From positions 1-38,192 of the forward strand of contig JABCTC010000034.1 of NCBI GenBank assembly GCA_018238545.1: a stretch of 38,192 bases of DNA. The letters are read 5' to 3'. This document shows positions 38,001 to 38,192 of the stretch, piece after piece. Under the pieces are notes generated by a model. That model saw nothing but the letters and a program-made list of their open reading frames with translations, was not told the origin of the DNA and searched no databases. This DNA is from Candidatus Heimdallarchaeota archaeon (GTDB lineage Archaea; Asgardarchaeota; Heimdallarchaeia; Heimdallarchaeales; Heimdallarchaeaceae). The position numbers and the translations under genes were made by a program. The stretch's first letter is position 1, and the number at the start of each line of letters is the position of its first letter.

Positions 38001-38192
38001 GTACTTTACAATATGAACTAGCAACACCAGTAATAACACCATTAACTCTTGACGAGATAATGTCATTTTCATCAGGTACAATCTATCAACATCAAACTGT
38101 AATGAGTGAGATTGCTTTGAATACATCAGTTAATCAAGGTTCACAGATTGAGGGTAACACAGATATGATTGAGAGTCTTGATGATAAGGTTA
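35033..38192 (+). CDS. Tail fibre/receptor-binding protein with BppU-like N-terminus (~1106 aa when joined to 1-251)
   Basis: Missing from the track because it has no stop before the window end. ATG 35033 after GAAGGTG; FVQQDINANQL.IQLFDNG..DATNGK.SY (BppU_N-like); CBM5/12-like KGEY..VSYLGSSY..YWQL; DMTKAVYDP; HNNLTGLQGG..YYHLT. Confidence 0.8.
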   Translation, partial: MVINKNEWRVAIDVKKRDSKPSLVFVQQDINANQLNIQLFDNGKVLDISTANSATITILKSDSLVVQAAATIEDATNGKLSYILSAQALGALGNTRATIELYGDDSVRITSAIFNYVVIAALDDLGSSEIISEAEYAILTTLITEINNFNHKGEYVAETQYYEKNVVSYLGSSYMATQDTLGNLPTNVTYWQLTASKGDPSDMTKAVYDPTNVSSDAFDMGNMVESSTKKVLTDVERDKIGKYLSSGVVVEPSKTDLGTGSVTIGAGTYRFFPSTDFTGSIVQREITGDTFILTDGDINYVVAKYNSGIPTVEVTLDVNDINTSDVLPVLTIARDGNDLVILDWNTAANGLSNKLQDRLVKIHRFEIESGLSISASLLKLLSTTGVVWYGSKKITLDAVNTALAENDIYLFENTNGTWTKTVVDDIDNLQYNDPVTGFQTLTSNRYSVSWVFRTVDDSKKRFGIILGNGDYTLSQAQSSYMPVIPNKMAAMGVFVGRIIIKKGATSPYSVEQVQSVSLAYTQVSDHNNLTGLQGGQADQYYHLTSAEKTKVEQISVTQPVDLDDMETDIDSIKNASRSSIQTSQKPVDTFPTGTLDGKVLSVIGGQSIANSVANNGFTLDSNVDGLADNLTVGANITVYSWVSGAQTISLDYANASIDNHVAFDNAIFDDTEIDDTGEWFFVIDVKNNEIDAQQFTLNRGYYIFKTETIQPSERKYVLYKGTMPNAGGGGSRTKLVIGTIISSQKSFTIYNVHAINMTQYGLTSKTEAEMLDIVRQLDAGTDLQHSTLDVETVTKNLFDKTVRTLNKYIDKDDGTLKPSTIADVSDWIKVSAGSTIFINNSIGYCTFNNDKQYLNGVYSLGAVSIVENGYVRYAVNKTNVDSSQLENGSSFTFYKPFNNNLFQPQITLRSLPNLVRDYLKNATLDGGVYKPLKSWEHEQNVSTPEAVVGVVAINVTNYPLAKTGGTWINDITGGGVENGIIGTDSTSASGTLQYELATPVITPLTLDEIMSFSSGTIYQHQTVMSEIALNTSVNQGSQIEGNTDMIESLDDKV
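38103..38192. repeat. Terminal direct repeat (copy 2)
   Basis: Matches 1-90; first 55 nt identical. Confidence 0.95.

Noticed and set aside
38103-38192. Diversity-generating retroelement (TR/VR pair) at the fibre C-terminus
   Set aside because: The mismatches are not adenine-specific and are all synonymous, and no reverse transcriptase is encoded in the window.
1-38192. tRNA or rRNA genes
   Set aside because: Intergenic gaps are short and accounted for by promoters and terminators; no cloverleaf or T-loop consensus was seen.

Overview
This window is an essentially complete ~38.1-kb AT-rich tailed-phage genome. The first 55 nt recur exactly at 38103-38157, so it closes into a circle. SigmaA-type promoters, strong GGAGG RBSs and gene families point to a Bacillota (probably clostridial) host. 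The morphotype is podovirus-like: there is no tape-measure or tail-tube gene, but there is an adaptor, a nozzle-like protein and two large ejected-protein candidates. Modules: lysis and tail genes (1-5895); putative internal-virion proteins, including a 2228-aa polyvalent protein with ART-like, zincin and LPD38-like domains (5958-13738); a leftward recombination operon (Rad50-like ATPase, SSB, AbrB-like, RecT, HD, MBL nuclease); rightward early and replication genes (XRE, SLT, C5 methyltransferase, initiator with iterons, DnaB, RusA); and packaging/head genes (TerS, TerL split by a group I intron carrying a GIY-YIG gene, portal, Prp-like protease, scaffold, N4-gp56-type capsid), followed by a ~1106-aa BppU-type fibre that wraps the window ends. 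I saw no integrase, tRNA or CRISPR array. Most interesting: (1) a phage-encoded Prp protease with an altered active-site loop whose two presumed substrates share a non-canonical leader LLDIxLxSF in place of the L27-like NLQxF, suggesting an orthogonal maturation system; (2) tandem covarying RNA hairpins in the scaffold leader; (3) a peptidoglycan-binding NAGPA-family enzyme in the lysis cassette; (4) a group I intron with its endonuclease in loop L1; (5) synonymous-only divergent alleles of the fibre tip at the contig ends. All calls come from motif recognition by eye; no database searches were run.
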